From: an uncultured Bacilli bacterium
GTDB lineage: Bacteria > Bacillota_I > Bacilli_A > RF39 > UBA660
DNA: 43,664 nt
Direction of reading: 5' to 3'
Assembly: GCA_944329385.1 (NCBI GenBank)
Contig: CALVIE010000004.1
Coordinates: 1-43,664, forward strand
Below, piece after piece: positions 1-9,623 of this stretch. Each line of letters begins with the position of its first letter. The first letter of the stretch is position 1. The position numbers and the translations under genes were made by a program. The notes under the pieces are model-generated. The model was given only the letters and a program-made list of their open reading frames with translations. It did not search any database and had not been told where the DNA came from.

Positions 1-5
1 AAAGC

Positions 6-43
6 AAAAAGATGAATTCTTTTCCACAGGATTCATCTTTTTT
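6..43. terminator. Probable bidirectional intrinsic terminator
   Basis: Inverted repeat AAAAAGATGAAT...ATTCATCTTTTT with A/T tails on both sides, downstream of ORF 96..500. Confidence 0.6.
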
Positions 44-95
44 ATTAGCTTTAGAAAATTTTACCGGAACTCAAATATAGGTGCTTTATGAAAGA

Positions 96-500
96 TTATT
101 GTTTGCTTTTGCTATTTTTAGTATTTTTTTTATTTTCTAAGTCGGAATATTTTTGGACACCATATATTAATGTTGCAATAAATGTACCGGCGAATATAGC
201 TCCAAGAGTAATTTGAAGGACATTTGGTAAAGATAAAGTGATTGATATTTTATCAAATGTCATTTTTAAAGTTCCTGATAGTAAGAATAATGCGATTAGT
301 CCATATCCTACGTCTTTATTAAATGTTAGTTTACCTAATAGATAAATATTGGCGAATGGTATCCAAGCCATTACTGTTGATGTGCCATAGACTTTTTTAT
401 TAAAATTATTTAAAAATACGGCTAAAATAGCATAACATGTAATAAGTATTAAAATAATAACTGCTACAAAGAAGTATAAAAAGTTTGCAGTTTCATTCAT
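96..500 (-). CDS. Small integral membrane protein (DUF5684-like)
   Basis: 3-4 hydrophobic segments, AWIPFANIY motif, GGGGAGGG RBS upstream. Confidence 0.6.
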   Translation of the reverse strand: MNETANFLYFFVAVIILILITCYAILAVFLNNFNKKVYGTSTVMAWIPFANIYLLGKLTFNKDVGYGLIALFLLSGTLKMTFDKISITLSLPNVLQITLGAIFAGTFIATLIYGVQKYSDLENKKNTKNSKSKQ

Positions 501-581
501 GTTTAACCCTCCCCTTATTATTCTTTGGTTATTATAACCTATATTTATTTTATCATAAATTTTAAAGAAATAATAGATAAT

Positions 582-2003
582 TTAATTATTTTTTGGAATT
601 TCAAAATAAAATGTTGAACCTTTATTAGAACTTTTAACTCCATATTTATATTTATGCATTTGTAATATGTTTTTAACAATAGATAATCCTAAACCAGTTC
701 CATAGTTATTTCTTTTATGTTTTTTATCACTATGATAATATTTATCCCAAATATGTTTCAAGTCTTCTTTTTTTATTCCTTTGCCGGTATCTTTGATTTC
801 AACAAGATAATTATTTTTATTTTCTTTTATGTTAATATATATTTTTTTCTCTTCGCCTGTATAATTGATAGCATTGTTGATTAAATTATAAATTACTTGA
901 TATATTCTTTTATAATCTGCTTTTATAATTGTATTTTTAGGATGAGTAAAAATAAATTGATAGTTTTCTTGTTCTTCTAATATTTTAAATCTTTGGATGA
1001 CTTGATTTATTAGGACGATTAAATCTATATTTTCTATTTTTAAAGTGGCGTTTCCAGATTCTGCATTAGATAGGTCTAAAATGTCATTTACTAGTAAAGT
1101 TAGTCTATCGGTTTCTTCAATAATGGTGTTTAAATTTTCTTCGCGTTTTTCTTTGTTATTATAGGTTAAATCTCTAACCATTTCGGCATAAGCTTTTATC
1201 ATGGTTAAAGGTGTTTTTAAATCGTGTGAAACGTTGGCCATGAGATCTCTTTTTAAACTTTCAGTTTTAGATAGTTCATCTTTGGTATAGTTTAAAGAAT
1301 CGGCTAGTTCATTTATTTCATATATGTCAATATCAGTTTTAAAGTTGGCACTAAAGTTACCATCGGCTAGTTTTTTAGCTTCATTACTTATTTTAGTGAT
1401 TGGTTTTGACAATTTTTTCGAAATTAAATATCCAATAATTAATGAGAGGATTAAAACAATTATAGTGGTAATTATAAATTGGTTGCTTAAAATTGTGATA
1501 GTTGAGTCTAATGGTTCTAAAGATGCGTTGATAAAAGCGTATAAGTCTGTATCTAATTTTAAGGCGTATATAAGGGTTTCATTTTGATATTGGCTATTTA
1601 TAAGATTATAATGTTGTTCTAAAAGTCCACTATTGATAAAGTTTCGTTTTACTTTAAAATTTTTATTACCAAATTCCATACATCCTTTATTTGATGAGGT
1701 GGCGGCATAAAGGTTATTGCCATATATTTCAATGCATATATCTCTTTTTCTAGCAATTGTTTCTATTTTTTGTTGGTTTAAGTTAATACTTTGACGTAGT
1801 TCACTAGCGGCTTTATCAAGTTCATTTGTTTTATATGCTTTATAATAGCTATTTAAAAAAATTATTTGAAAGAACCAAAGAAAACATAGAATAAAAATTG
1901 AGAAGCCGGCTAAGAAAAGCCAAATGTTTATTTTTAGACTATTTGGTTTGGTGTTTTTTATGTCGTTTTTTATTTGATTTATGTATTTTTTTAGTTTATT
2001 CAT
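582..2003 (-). CDS. Sensor histidine kinase (2 TM, HAMP, HisKA, HATPase_c)
   Basis: H-box NVSHDLKTPLT, N-box NLINNAINY, G1 DTGKGI, G2 GTGLGLSIV; likely start is the ATG at 2003 overlapping the regulator stop (track start 2018). Confidence 0.95.
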   Translation of the reverse strand: MNKLKKYINQIKNDIKNTKPNSLKINIWLFLAGFSIFILCFLWFFQIIFLNSYYKAYKTNELDKAASELRQSINLNQQKIETIARKRDICIEIYGNNLYAATSSNKGCMEFGNKNFKVKRNFINSGLLEQHYNLINSQYQNETLIYALKLDTDLYAFINASLEPLDSTITILSNQFIITTIIVLILSLIIGYLISKKLSKPITKISNEAKKLADGNFSANFKTDIDIYEINELADSLNYTKDELSKTESLKRDLMANVSHDLKTPLTMIKAYAEMVRDLTYNNKEKREENLNTIIEETDRLTLLVNDILDLSNAESGNATLKIENIDLIVLINQVIQRFKILEEQENYQFIFTHPKNTIIKADYKRIYQVIYNLINNAINYTGEEKKIYINIKENKNNYLVEIKDTGKGIKKEDLKHIWDKYYHSDKKHKRNNYGTGLGLSIVKNILQMHKYKYGVKSSNKGSTFYFEIPKNN

Positions 2004-2667
2004 TTTCTTTGACAACAAATTTATAGCCTACTCCTCTTACTGTTTGGATTAAGTTTCTATATTTTCCAAGGTTATTTCTTAGCATTTTGATATGAGTATC
2101 AATTGTTCTATCATCGCCGAAAAAGTCATAGCCCCATATTTTGTTTAAAAGTTGATTTCTTGATAGGGCAATATTTTCGTTGGTTACAAAATAACATAGT
2201 AGTTCATATTCTTTTAAGGTTAGTTTTATTTCTTTATTATCAATATAAACGGCATGTCCTGGATAATCTATTTTTAAGCCCTGATATTCATAAGTGTTTG
2301 GTGTCATTTTTCCACTTCTTTTTAAAATGGCTTTTATTCTAGCTAATAATTCTTTAGGAGAAAATGGTTTGGTTAAATAATCGTCAGTTCCAAGATCAAA
2401 TCCTCTTAGTTTGTCATATTCTTCGTTTCTTGCAGATAAAATGATGACGGGGATATTTTTTGCTTTTTTTAGTTTTTCTAAAAAAGTCATACCATCCATT
2501 TTGGGCATCATAATATCTAAAATAATGAGATCAATTTTTTGATTTTGGACAATTTCTAGGGCTTCTAGTCCGTTTTCGGCTTCAACTGTTTCATAGTTTT
2601 CAGTTTCGGCGTATGTTTTAATAACATCTCTTATAAGTTTTTCATCATCAACAATTAATAGGCGCAT
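1996..2667 (-). CDS. OmpR/PhoB-family response regulator
   Basis: Receiver VDDE...LDIMMP...KPF; winged helix RTIDTHIKMLR...TVRGVGYKF. Confidence 0.96.
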   Translation of the reverse strand: MRLLIVDDEKLIRDVIKTYAETENYETVEAENGLEALEIVQNQKIDLIILDIMMPKMDGMTFLEKLKKAKNIPVIILSARNEEYDKLRGFDLGTDDYLTKPFSPKELLARIKAILKRSGKMTPNTYEYQGLKIDYPGHAVYIDNKEIKLTLKEYELLCYFVTNENIALSRNQLLNKIWGYDFFGDDRTIDTHIKMLRNNLGKYRNLIQTVRGVGYKFVVKENE

Positions 2668-2686
2668 AAAATCATCTCCGTGTTTA

Positions 2687-2718
2687 ATTATAGTATTTTT
2701 TTGTGTATTTTTTGTGAA
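2687..2718 (-). promoter_or_regulatory. Promoter of the two-component operon with 11-bp tandem direct repeat (candidate autoregulatory box)
   Basis: Minus strand TTCACAAAAAA-TACACAAAAAA followed by TATAAT (2692-2687). Confidence 0.5.
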
Positions 2719-2730
2719 AAGAAAAAAAGC

Positions 2731-3117
2731 TTAGGCAGCTTTTTGAATTTTAGTTTTGCATAGTACTTTAACTGGAGTGTTTTGATTAATTATTTCATTT
2801 AATAATAATTCTTTACCTTCGACTATACGTATATTTAATTTTGGTTTAGAAATCATTAATGGTTTCATTCTTCTTAACTGTTTGTGCAGATAATTGATAC
2901 CAGTTTCATCTAAGTATATATTAGCTAGATGTTTAATGCTTATTGTATTTTCATCTATAAAGTTATTTAATTTTTGTTTTTGCGTGTTGTTTAAGTTATC
3001 GAAGTTTGTTATATATTCATACATTTTTCTAGCTAGTTTTATATCTACGTTTTGATTTTCTTCATTGTATGCGTTAAGTGCATTTTGAAATTTTTTTAAA
3101 TATTCTAAATTGTGCAC
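2731..3117 (-). CDS. Hypothetical protein (orphan, basic C-terminal tail)
   Basis: 128-aa ORF, GTG start with AAGGAAGTGA RBS, consensus promoter upstream. Confidence 0.7.
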   Translation of the reverse strand: MHNLEYLKKFQNALNAYNEENQNVDIKLARKMYEYITNFDNLNNTQKQKLNNFIDENTISIKHLANIYLDETGINYLHKQLRRMKPLMISKPKLNIRIVEGKELLLNEIINQNTPVKVLCKTKIQKAA

Positions 3118-3147
3118 AATATCACTTCCTTTAGTCAGATGTATTTA

Positions 3148-3176
3148 ATTATAACCTTTTTTGACTGTTTTGTCAA
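3148..3176 (-). promoter_or_regulatory. Perfect sigma-A consensus promoter
   Basis: TTGACA (3176-3171), 17 bp, TATAAT (3153-3148). Confidence 0.8.
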
Positions 3177-3206
3177 ATTTTGTCTAATGGATTTTGTTTT
3201 GAGATT

Positions 3207-4073
3207 TTATCTTGACAATTTTCTTTTGTTATAAATATTTTTGATTTTTTGTTTAGTTTTTAAATAAGATATATAATCTGATGTTTCAGGTTTAGTAAAT
3301 TGATCTAAGTCTACAATTATATCTACGGCTTGTTCTATGGACATGTTTTTTATAAGTTCTCCAAATAATCTTAAAATATCGGCGTTAAAATAATCTTCAG
3401 TCATTTCTTCTTTATTTTGATAAAATTTTTCGATTAATTTAGTGAGCTTTTGTAGATAGAGATATGATTTGCTTTTGGCATTAAAAAATCGGTTATTTAA
3501 AAGTTCGGTATAGCCTTCGTTTAAACCTTTACCGATGCTAATACCATTTATTAGTGCTTTAAAACCTATGGCATTATAAATATAACTTGTGGATGCGACA
3601 TGAAGTAATTCATGGTATAAGGTAATATTATTTTTATCTTTATATATTTCTATGGTGTTATTTGCTTTATTATATATTCCTGTTACTGGAAATACCTCTT
3701 TTGAGGGGCAATAGTGGATAGTGGTTTTAGGGATGCTATGGATGAAGTTTCTTAGGTTATTTATATCGACGTTTTGTAATAGTTTTAGAGAGAAAATATA
3801 TATTTGGCTATTTTCTTTTTTAAGGTTATCGATTATTTTATTAAGTTTTTCTATGTCGTCTTTTTTAAATTCGGCAAATAATTTACTTTTTAAATCATAT
3901 TTAGTAAAATTTGGCATGATTTGGTATAAGGCCATTTTTTTAATATTTTGTTTATTTTGATATTCTTTTATTTTTTCTTTTCTTTTTTTGTTATTTTGAA
4001 TAATTTTATTTATATTTAGTGTGGTTATAGCGAGATTTATGCTAATGAAGATGAATAAAATTATATTGTTCAA
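3207..4073 (-). CDS. Membrane-anchored putative zinc metallopeptidase (HExxH...E)
   Basis: N-terminal TM helix; LYHELLH followed by GLNEGYTE (gluzincin-like third ligand); TTG start with GAGG RBS. Confidence 0.6.
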   Translation of the reverse strand: MNNIILFIFISINLAITTLNINKIIQNNKKRKEKIKEYQNKQNIKKMALYQIMPNFTKYDLKSKLFAEFKKDDIEKLNKIIDNLKKENSQIYIFSLKLLQNVDINNLRNFIHSIPKTTIHYCPSKEVFPVTGIYNKANNTIEIYKDKNNITLYHELLHVASTSYIYNAIGFKALINGISIGKGLNEGYTELLNNRFFNAKSKSYLYLQKLTKLIEKFYQNKEEMTEDYFNADILRLFGELIKNMSIEQAVDIIVDLDQFTKPETSDYISYLKTKQKIKNIYNKRKLSR

Positions 4074-4122
4074 AATATCACATCCTCGTATAATATATTT
4101 TTAGAAAAAAGTAGGTTTTATC

Positions 4123-6435
4123 CTACATTTCAAACTGTGAATTATAAAGACTTGCATAAAAGCCCTTTTGTTTCATAAGTTCTTCGTGGTTACCTTGTTC
4201 GATGATGTTACCATCTTTCATGACTAAGATTAAATCAGCATTTTTAATAGTTGATAATCTATGAGCAATGATGAAAGATGTTTTACCTTCAGTTAGTTTA
4301 TCCATGGCTTTTTGAACTAATTCTTCGGTTCTAGTGTCGACGTTAGAGGTTGCTTCATCTAAGATTAAGAATGGTGATTTTTGAATCATACCTCTTGCGA
4401 TAGTTAGTAATTGTTTTTGACCAGCTGAAATACTTTCATTATCAGAAAGCGGTGTGTCATAACCTTTTGATAAGGTTCTTATGAAGTGGTCTAGGCCAAC
4501 TTCTTTACAAACTTCTTTTACTTCTTCGTCGGTGATATTTTGTCTATTATAAATAATGTTTTCTTTGATTGTTCCTTCGAAAAGCCAAGTGTCTTGGAGA
4601 ACCATAGTAAATAACTCGTGGATATTTTCTCTAGTTAGTTTTTTAGTTGAAACGCCATCTATTTTAATGTCACCATTTGAGATTTCATAGAATTTCATAA
4701 GCAGGTTAACCATAGTTGTTTTTCCGGCTCCAGTAGGTCCGACAATGGCTACTTTTTGACCTGGTGTAGCATGAGCTGTGAAGTTTTTAATGGTTGGATT
4801 ATCATTACCATCATATTTAAAGACAACATTTTCAAAGTCTATATAACCTTTAACTTCTTCTTTATTTAAATGTTTATTTATATTTTCTTGAGTATTCATT
4901 TCAGTTTCATCGATAAATTCAAAGACTCTTTCACTAGCAGCTGCGGTTGATTGCAATGATGTCATGGCCTGAGCAATTTGTGATAGAGGGTTTGTGAATA
5001 ATCTAACGTATGTCATAAAGGCGACGATTACACCAAATGATATTTGACCATTCATGGTTAAAATAGCTCCTACTATACAAACGGCAACATAGCCAAAGTT
5101 ACCGATGAAAGCCATGATTGGTTGCATTAATCCAGATAGAAACTGACTTTTTTTATTGCTTAAGCAAACTTTATTATTGAATTCATCGAATTTTTTTATG
5201 GCTTCTTCTTTACCATTATAGGCTTTGACAACGTTTAGACCGGAATATATCTCTTCAATATGACCGTTTAAGTTTCCAAGTTCGGTTTGTCTTTGGGTGA
5301 AGTATTTTTGTGATTTACTAAGTATTAATGCCATACCGATAAAGCCAATTAAACTTGAGATAATAGCAGTTAGGGCTAAAATCCAGTTAGTTATAAACAT
5401 CATTATAATACTACCTAAAAATAGGGTTATACTACTAACTAATGAGGTGAGTGATTGGTTCATGGTCATGGCAATCATGTCAACGTCGTTAGTAATTCTT
5501 GATAGGATGTCCCCTATTTGGTGTTTATCAAAGTATTTAAGTGGTAATTTATTTATTTTTGTTGATATTCTGTTTCTTAGGTTATTGGCAAATTTATTGG
5601 CAACATTGGTCATACAAATTGATTGAATGTATGTAAATAAAGCGCTTGCAAGGTACATACATACTAAAAGCAAAGTGATGTTTTTAATTTTATTTGTATT
5701 CATAACAGGTTCGATGACTTTTCTTATAGATGATGGAAGAGTATCTAATTTTTTATAAATGTTTGTTTCACCATCATTTTTATCTAAGGTGTTTATAGTT
5801 TTTAAAAATTGATATTGTTCGCTGGGGGTTATTTTTATATTATCAATTGTGATTTCTTTGAATAGTATTTCCTTCATATTTTTTGATAAATTTATGTTGT
5901 TTTTATCCATTTTTAAAAGGTTAATTTTATCTTTTGTAGTAAGGGTTTTGCCTTGATATTTAGATTCTTCAAATATTTTTTCTAAAATACTATTTGGAAG
6001 GTCTTTTAATTTTTGAGAAGCTTCTTTGTTATTTTGTAATTCATTTAATATTTTTGTAAATTTTTCTTTATCTTCCTTCAAAATATTTTTATCTTGCATG
6101 ATATTTTGGATGTTTTTTTCGGTTAAATTGGGGTTTAGGATTTCTGGAAGAATTTTATTTAGGTTTTCTTCGTTTAGATTTTGAGTCGTTTTTTTGGTTA
6201 GTATTTCCATATTATTTTGGTTTATTACTAAACCTTTTGATATTTCATCAGTTAGGTCTGATAATCTATTTGGAGCAAGTATTGATAAAATGGAACCTAA
6301 TATAGCTAAAGTAAAAGCAATAGTTATAAGAGTTTTATAGACGTTTAATTCATTAACTAATCTTTTGATAGCTTTTTTAAAATCTTTAGCTTTTTCTGTT
6401 GTTTGGCCATGTGGGCCATGATTTGGTCTAGGCAT
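4123..6435 (-). CDS. Heterodimeric ABC exporter subunit (TM288-like) with large extracellular insertion
   Basis: TMD plus NBD; Walker A GPTGAGKT, signature ISAGQ, Walker B LILDEATS, H-switch AHR. Confidence 0.93.
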   Translation of the reverse strand: MPRPNHGPHGQTTEKAKDFKKAIKRLVNELNVYKTLITIAFTLAILGSILSILAPNRLSDLTDEISKGLVINQNNMEILTKKTTQNLNEENLNKILPEILNPNLTEKNIQNIMQDKNILKEDKEKFTKILNELQNNKEASQKLKDLPNSILEKIFEESKYQGKTLTTKDKINLLKMDKNNINLSKNMKEILFKEITIDNIKITPSEQYQFLKTINTLDKNDGETNIYKKLDTLPSSIRKVIEPVMNTNKIKNITLLLVCMYLASALFTYIQSICMTNVANKFANNLRNRISTKINKLPLKYFDKHQIGDILSRITNDVDMIAMTMNQSLTSLVSSITLFLGSIIMMFITNWILALTAIISSLIGFIGMALILSKSQKYFTQRQTELGNLNGHIEEIYSGLNVVKAYNGKEEAIKKFDEFNNKVCLSNKKSQFLSGLMQPIMAFIGNFGYVAVCIVGAILTMNGQISFGVIVAFMTYVRLFTNPLSQIAQAMTSLQSTAAASERVFEFIDETEMNTQENINKHLNKEEVKGYIDFENVVFKYDGNDNPTIKNFTAHATPGQKVAIVGPTGAGKTTMVNLLMKFYEISNGDIKIDGVSTKKLTRENIHELFTMVLQDTWLFEGTIKENIIYNRQNITDEEVKEVCKEVGLDHFIRTLSKGYDTPLSDNESISAGQKQLLTIARGMIQKSPFLILDEATSNVDTRTEELVQKAMDKLTEGKTSFIIAHRLSTIKNADLILVMKDGNIIEQGNHEELMKQKGFYASLYNSQFEM

Positions 6436-8185
6436 TTTCTAACTCCTCCTTTGATAACTGTGAAAGTGCGATTTGTTTATAAACGTCACAGTTTTTTAGT
6501 AGTTCTTTGTGGGTTCCCATTCCGACACATTTACCACTATCTAAAACGACAATTTTATCAGCATTCATAATTGTACCTATTCTTTGAGCAACTATTAGAC
6601 TGGTGGCATCTTTAGTGTATTTTTTTAATTCTTTTCTAAGAACCGAATCGGTTTTATAATCTAAGGCAGAAAATGAATCATCAAAGATATATATTTCTGG
6701 TTCTCTAGCAATAGCTCTAGCGATAGCAAGTCTTTGTTTTTGACCACCTGAAACATTTGAGCCGCCTTGGGCAATATGGGTTTCGTATTTATCATCCATT
6801 TTTTCGATAAATTCTTCGGCTTGAGCTACTTTAGCTGCCTCTTTGATTTTTTCTTGGGTAGTTTCTTTTCCATTATCACCATAGCTTATGTTATAGTTTA
6901 CTGTTCCAGCAAACATTACGGCTTTTTGAGGAACGTAACCTAATTTATTGTTTAATTCTTTGGTATCATAGTCTTTAACATTTATACCATCTATTAAAAC
7001 TTCACCTTCAGTGGCATCATAAAATCTTGGAACTAAATTAATTAAAGTAGATTTTCCACTACCAGTTGAACCTATAAAAGCAATTGTTTCTCCTTTATTT
7101 ACTTTGAATGAAATATTTTCTAAGACATATTCGTCAGCATCTGGATATTTAAATGAAACATTTTTAAATTCAACAGTACCTATTTCTTTAGTTTTTCCTT
7201 TGAATGTTCCAGAGAATATTTTTTGTTTTGTATCTAATACTTCGTTTATTCTTTTAGCAGAAACTTCGGCACGTGGAATTATCATAAAAATCATGGCAAG
7301 CATTAAAAATGACATTATTACTTGCATGGCATAAGAACTAAATACTATCATATTACCAAATAAGGTTATTTTATCTGCAAGCATAGAGTTTTGGATTAAG
7401 TTTGCTCCAATGAAGTAAATTGATAGAGTTAATCCATACATAATCAGATACATAACAGGCATCATGATGGCAAATTTCTTTTGGTTGAATAATTGTAAGT
7501 CTGTTAGTTCATCATTTACTTTGCTAAATTTATTTTCTTGATATTGTTCAGCGTTGAAGGCTCTTACTACTCTAATACCCGTTAAGTTTTCTCTAGCAAT
7601 ACTATTGATTTTATCGATTAATTTTTGAACGATTTTAAATCTAGGTATAACAATAATCATTAAGGTTATGATAACACCTAGTAATATTAATACAGCAACG
7701 CCAGTAACGGCACTCCACTGCCAGCCTTTATTTAATATTTTAGTAATGGCCCATACAGCGGTGATTGGGGCTTTGACTAATAACTGTAATCCCATAGCTA
7801 TTAACATTTCTATTTGGGTAACGTCATTGGTTGTTCTTGTGATTAGACTACTTGTTTGGAATGCTTTGATTTCGTCAGTATCTAGGTTTTGAACTTTTTC
7901 AAATATTTGTTTTCTTGTGTTTTTAGAAAATTCAGAAGCGATGTAGGCGGCAAAGTATCCAGCACCAACGGCAAATACTAGACTGCCTAAGGCACATAAA
8001 AGCATATAACCACCGTTTAAAATTATATCATTCATTTTACTTCCTTCTGTTTGGACTAAAACGGTAATTTCGGACATATAATCAGGAATTTTTAGTTCGA
8101 GCCAAACTTGGCCAATAATTAAAATTACACAAAAAATGGCATATATCCATTCTCTTTTTGTTAGATTTTTAAGTAGTTTTAACAT
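6428..8185 (-). CDS. Heterodimeric ABC exporter subunit (TM287-like, degenerate site)
   Basis: Walker A GSTGSGKS, signature VSGGQ, degenerate Walker B IFDDSFS and AQR switch; overlaps both neighbours. Confidence 0.94.
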   Translation of the reverse strand: MLKLLKNLTKREWIYAIFCVILIIGQVWLELKIPDYMSEITVLVQTEGSKMNDIILNGGYMLLCALGSLVFAVGAGYFAAYIASEFSKNTRKQIFEKVQNLDTDEIKAFQTSSLITRTTNDVTQIEMLIAMGLQLLVKAPITAVWAITKILNKGWQWSAVTGVAVLILLGVIITLMIIVIPRFKIVQKLIDKINSIARENLTGIRVVRAFNAEQYQENKFSKVNDELTDLQLFNQKKFAIMMPVMYLIMYGLTLSIYFIGANLIQNSMLADKITLFGNMIVFSSYAMQVIMSFLMLAMIFMIIPRAEVSAKRINEVLDTKQKIFSGTFKGKTKEIGTVEFKNVSFKYPDADEYVLENISFKVNKGETIAFIGSTGSGKSTLINLVPRFYDATEGEVLIDGINVKDYDTKELNNKLGYVPQKAVMFAGTVNYNISYGDNGKETTQEKIKEAAKVAQAEEFIEKMDDKYETHIAQGGSNVSGGQKQRLAIARAIAREPEIYIFDDSFSALDYKTDSVLRKELKKYTKDATSLIVAQRIGTIMNADKIVVLDSGKCVGMGTHKELLKNCDVYKQIALSQLSKEELENA

Positions 8186-8622
8186 ATTTTCATCCTTTCG
8201 TTTTTTAAATTTTCTTTCATTTGATTTGTTATTTGAAAAAAAAGTTTTAGATTTTCTTCTGAGATGTTTTTTGTAATAGTGTTTTCGGCTTGGTTTAAAC
8301 TATTTTTTACAATTTGGAAATTTTTTTTAGCTTCTTTGCTTAGGGTAATTTCTTTTTTTCTAGTATCTGTTTTATCTTGAATTCTATGAATTAAATTATT
8401 TTTTTCCATGGTGCTTAAGATTTCAGATAAAGTTGCTCTTCTAAGGTTTAAAGCTAAAGCAATATCTTTTTGATATACTTTTTGCCCTTTTTTAGAAATT
8501 ATAAAATGAAGTATTTGCATTTGAGCTGGTGTTGGCATTTTTTGTTTTGCTGTGCTTGTTTCACAAATAAATCTCATAATTTCATGGTTTATATCTTTTA
8601 TTTGATAAGTTACTCTTTCCAT
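8179..8622 (-). CDS. MarR-family transcriptional regulator
   Basis: 147 aa, wHTH QKDIALALNLRRATLSEILSTMEKNNLIHR...DTR; first gene of the ABC operon. Confidence 0.92.
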   Translation of the reverse strand: MERVTYQIKDINHEIMRFICETSTAKQKMPTPAQMQILHFIISKKGQKVYQKDIALALNLRRATLSEILSTMEKNNLIHRIQDKTDTRKKEITLSKEAKKNFQIVKNSLNQAENTITKNISEENLKLFFQITNQMKENLKNERMKIC

Positions 8623-8642
8623 ATTTTTACTCCCGTTAAAAC

Positions 8643-8682
8643 ATTTTAGTACGGTATTATAAAATTGTCAATACCCTAACAA
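8643..8682 (-). promoter_or_regulatory. Sigma-A promoter of marR-ABC operon with candidate MarR operator
   Basis: TTGACA (8671-8666), 17 bp, TAAAAT (8648-8643); imperfect palindrome TTGTCA-N6-TAACAA (8665-8682) over the -35. Confidence 0.7.
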
Positions 8683-8713
8683 TATTTAATTTAAAAAGAT
8701 AAGATGAACTTAT

Positions 8714-9571
8714 CTAATTGTTTATATGATGATGTATTTTTGGTGTATTTTTGGTTATTTTAGCAAATGTATAGCCGTTTTCTTTAGCATATTTAATAAT
8801 ATAAGGCAAGGCTTCGACAGTAGTTTTTTTAGTAGCTAGATCATGCATTAAAACGATGTTAGTTCCACTATGTATTTTATTCACTACGTTATTATATATG
8901 CTTTCTTTTGTCTGGCTACCGCTGGCATCATTAGAATCAATGTTCCAGTCAAAGTAATAGAATGATTTTTCTGTTAATTTATTTGTTATTCTTGTAATGA
9001 TGTTTTGATTATATTTTTTTGATATGGTATTTGATGATCCACCTGGTAATCTTATAATTCTTGATTTGATGCCTGTGATTTCAAAAACTTTTTGTCTAAT
9101 ATCATTTAAGTCTTTGAAATAGTTTTCATCAGATGAATAAATATAACTATAGTTATGAGTAGATGTATGAAGTCCAATAGTATGGTTTTCTTTTTGCATT
9201 CTTCTTATTATATTATTATATTTATCTATTTGCCCTTTTGTGACAAAGAAAGTAGCTGGAATATTTTCTTTTTTTAAAATGTCTAATATATATTCAGTTA
9301 AATAACTTGGACCATCATCAAAGGTTAGATATATTGTTTTATTTGATATTATAGATGGATTAATATTTTGAACTTTGATTTTATCTGGTTTATAGTAGTC
9401 TATTTTTTGATTAAAAGTTATTTTGGGTTTTATTTGTTTAAATTTGGGTTTTGGACTATTTATTTTAATTATATAGTTTAAAATTATTAAAATATTAAAT
9501 AAAAGGCATATTATGATTATTATAGGTATTTTATATTTTGAAATAGTTTTTTTGATGTTTTTATACTGCAT
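8714..9571 (-). CDS. Membrane-anchored polysaccharide deacetylase (CE4/NodB)
   Basis: TM anchor; TFDDGP, HTSTH, RLPGG, DWNIDS, LMHD motifs; likely ATG at 9571 after AGGTGA (track start 9580). Confidence 0.93.
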   Translation of the reverse strand: MQYKNIKKTISKYKIPIIIIICLLFNILIILNYIIKINSPKPKFKQIKPKITFNQKIDYYKPDKIKVQNINPSIISNKTIYLTFDDGPSYLTEYILDILKKENIPATFFVTKGQIDKYNNIIRRMQKENHTIGLHTSTHNYSYIYSSDENYFKDLNDIRQKVFEITGIKSRIIRLPGGSSNTISKKYNQNIITRITNKLTEKSFYYFDWNIDSNDASGSQTKESIYNNVVNKIHSGTNIVLMHDLATKKTTVEALPYIIKYAKENGYTFAKITKNTPKIHHHINN

Positions 9572-9623
9572 ACTACTCACCTATTCACATTATACCTTAA
9601 AATATAAAGAAAAACAAAGGGAA

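Noticed and set aside
20-29. DnaA-box-like TTTTCCACA
   Set aside because: Single mismatched copy in a terminator loop, no cluster
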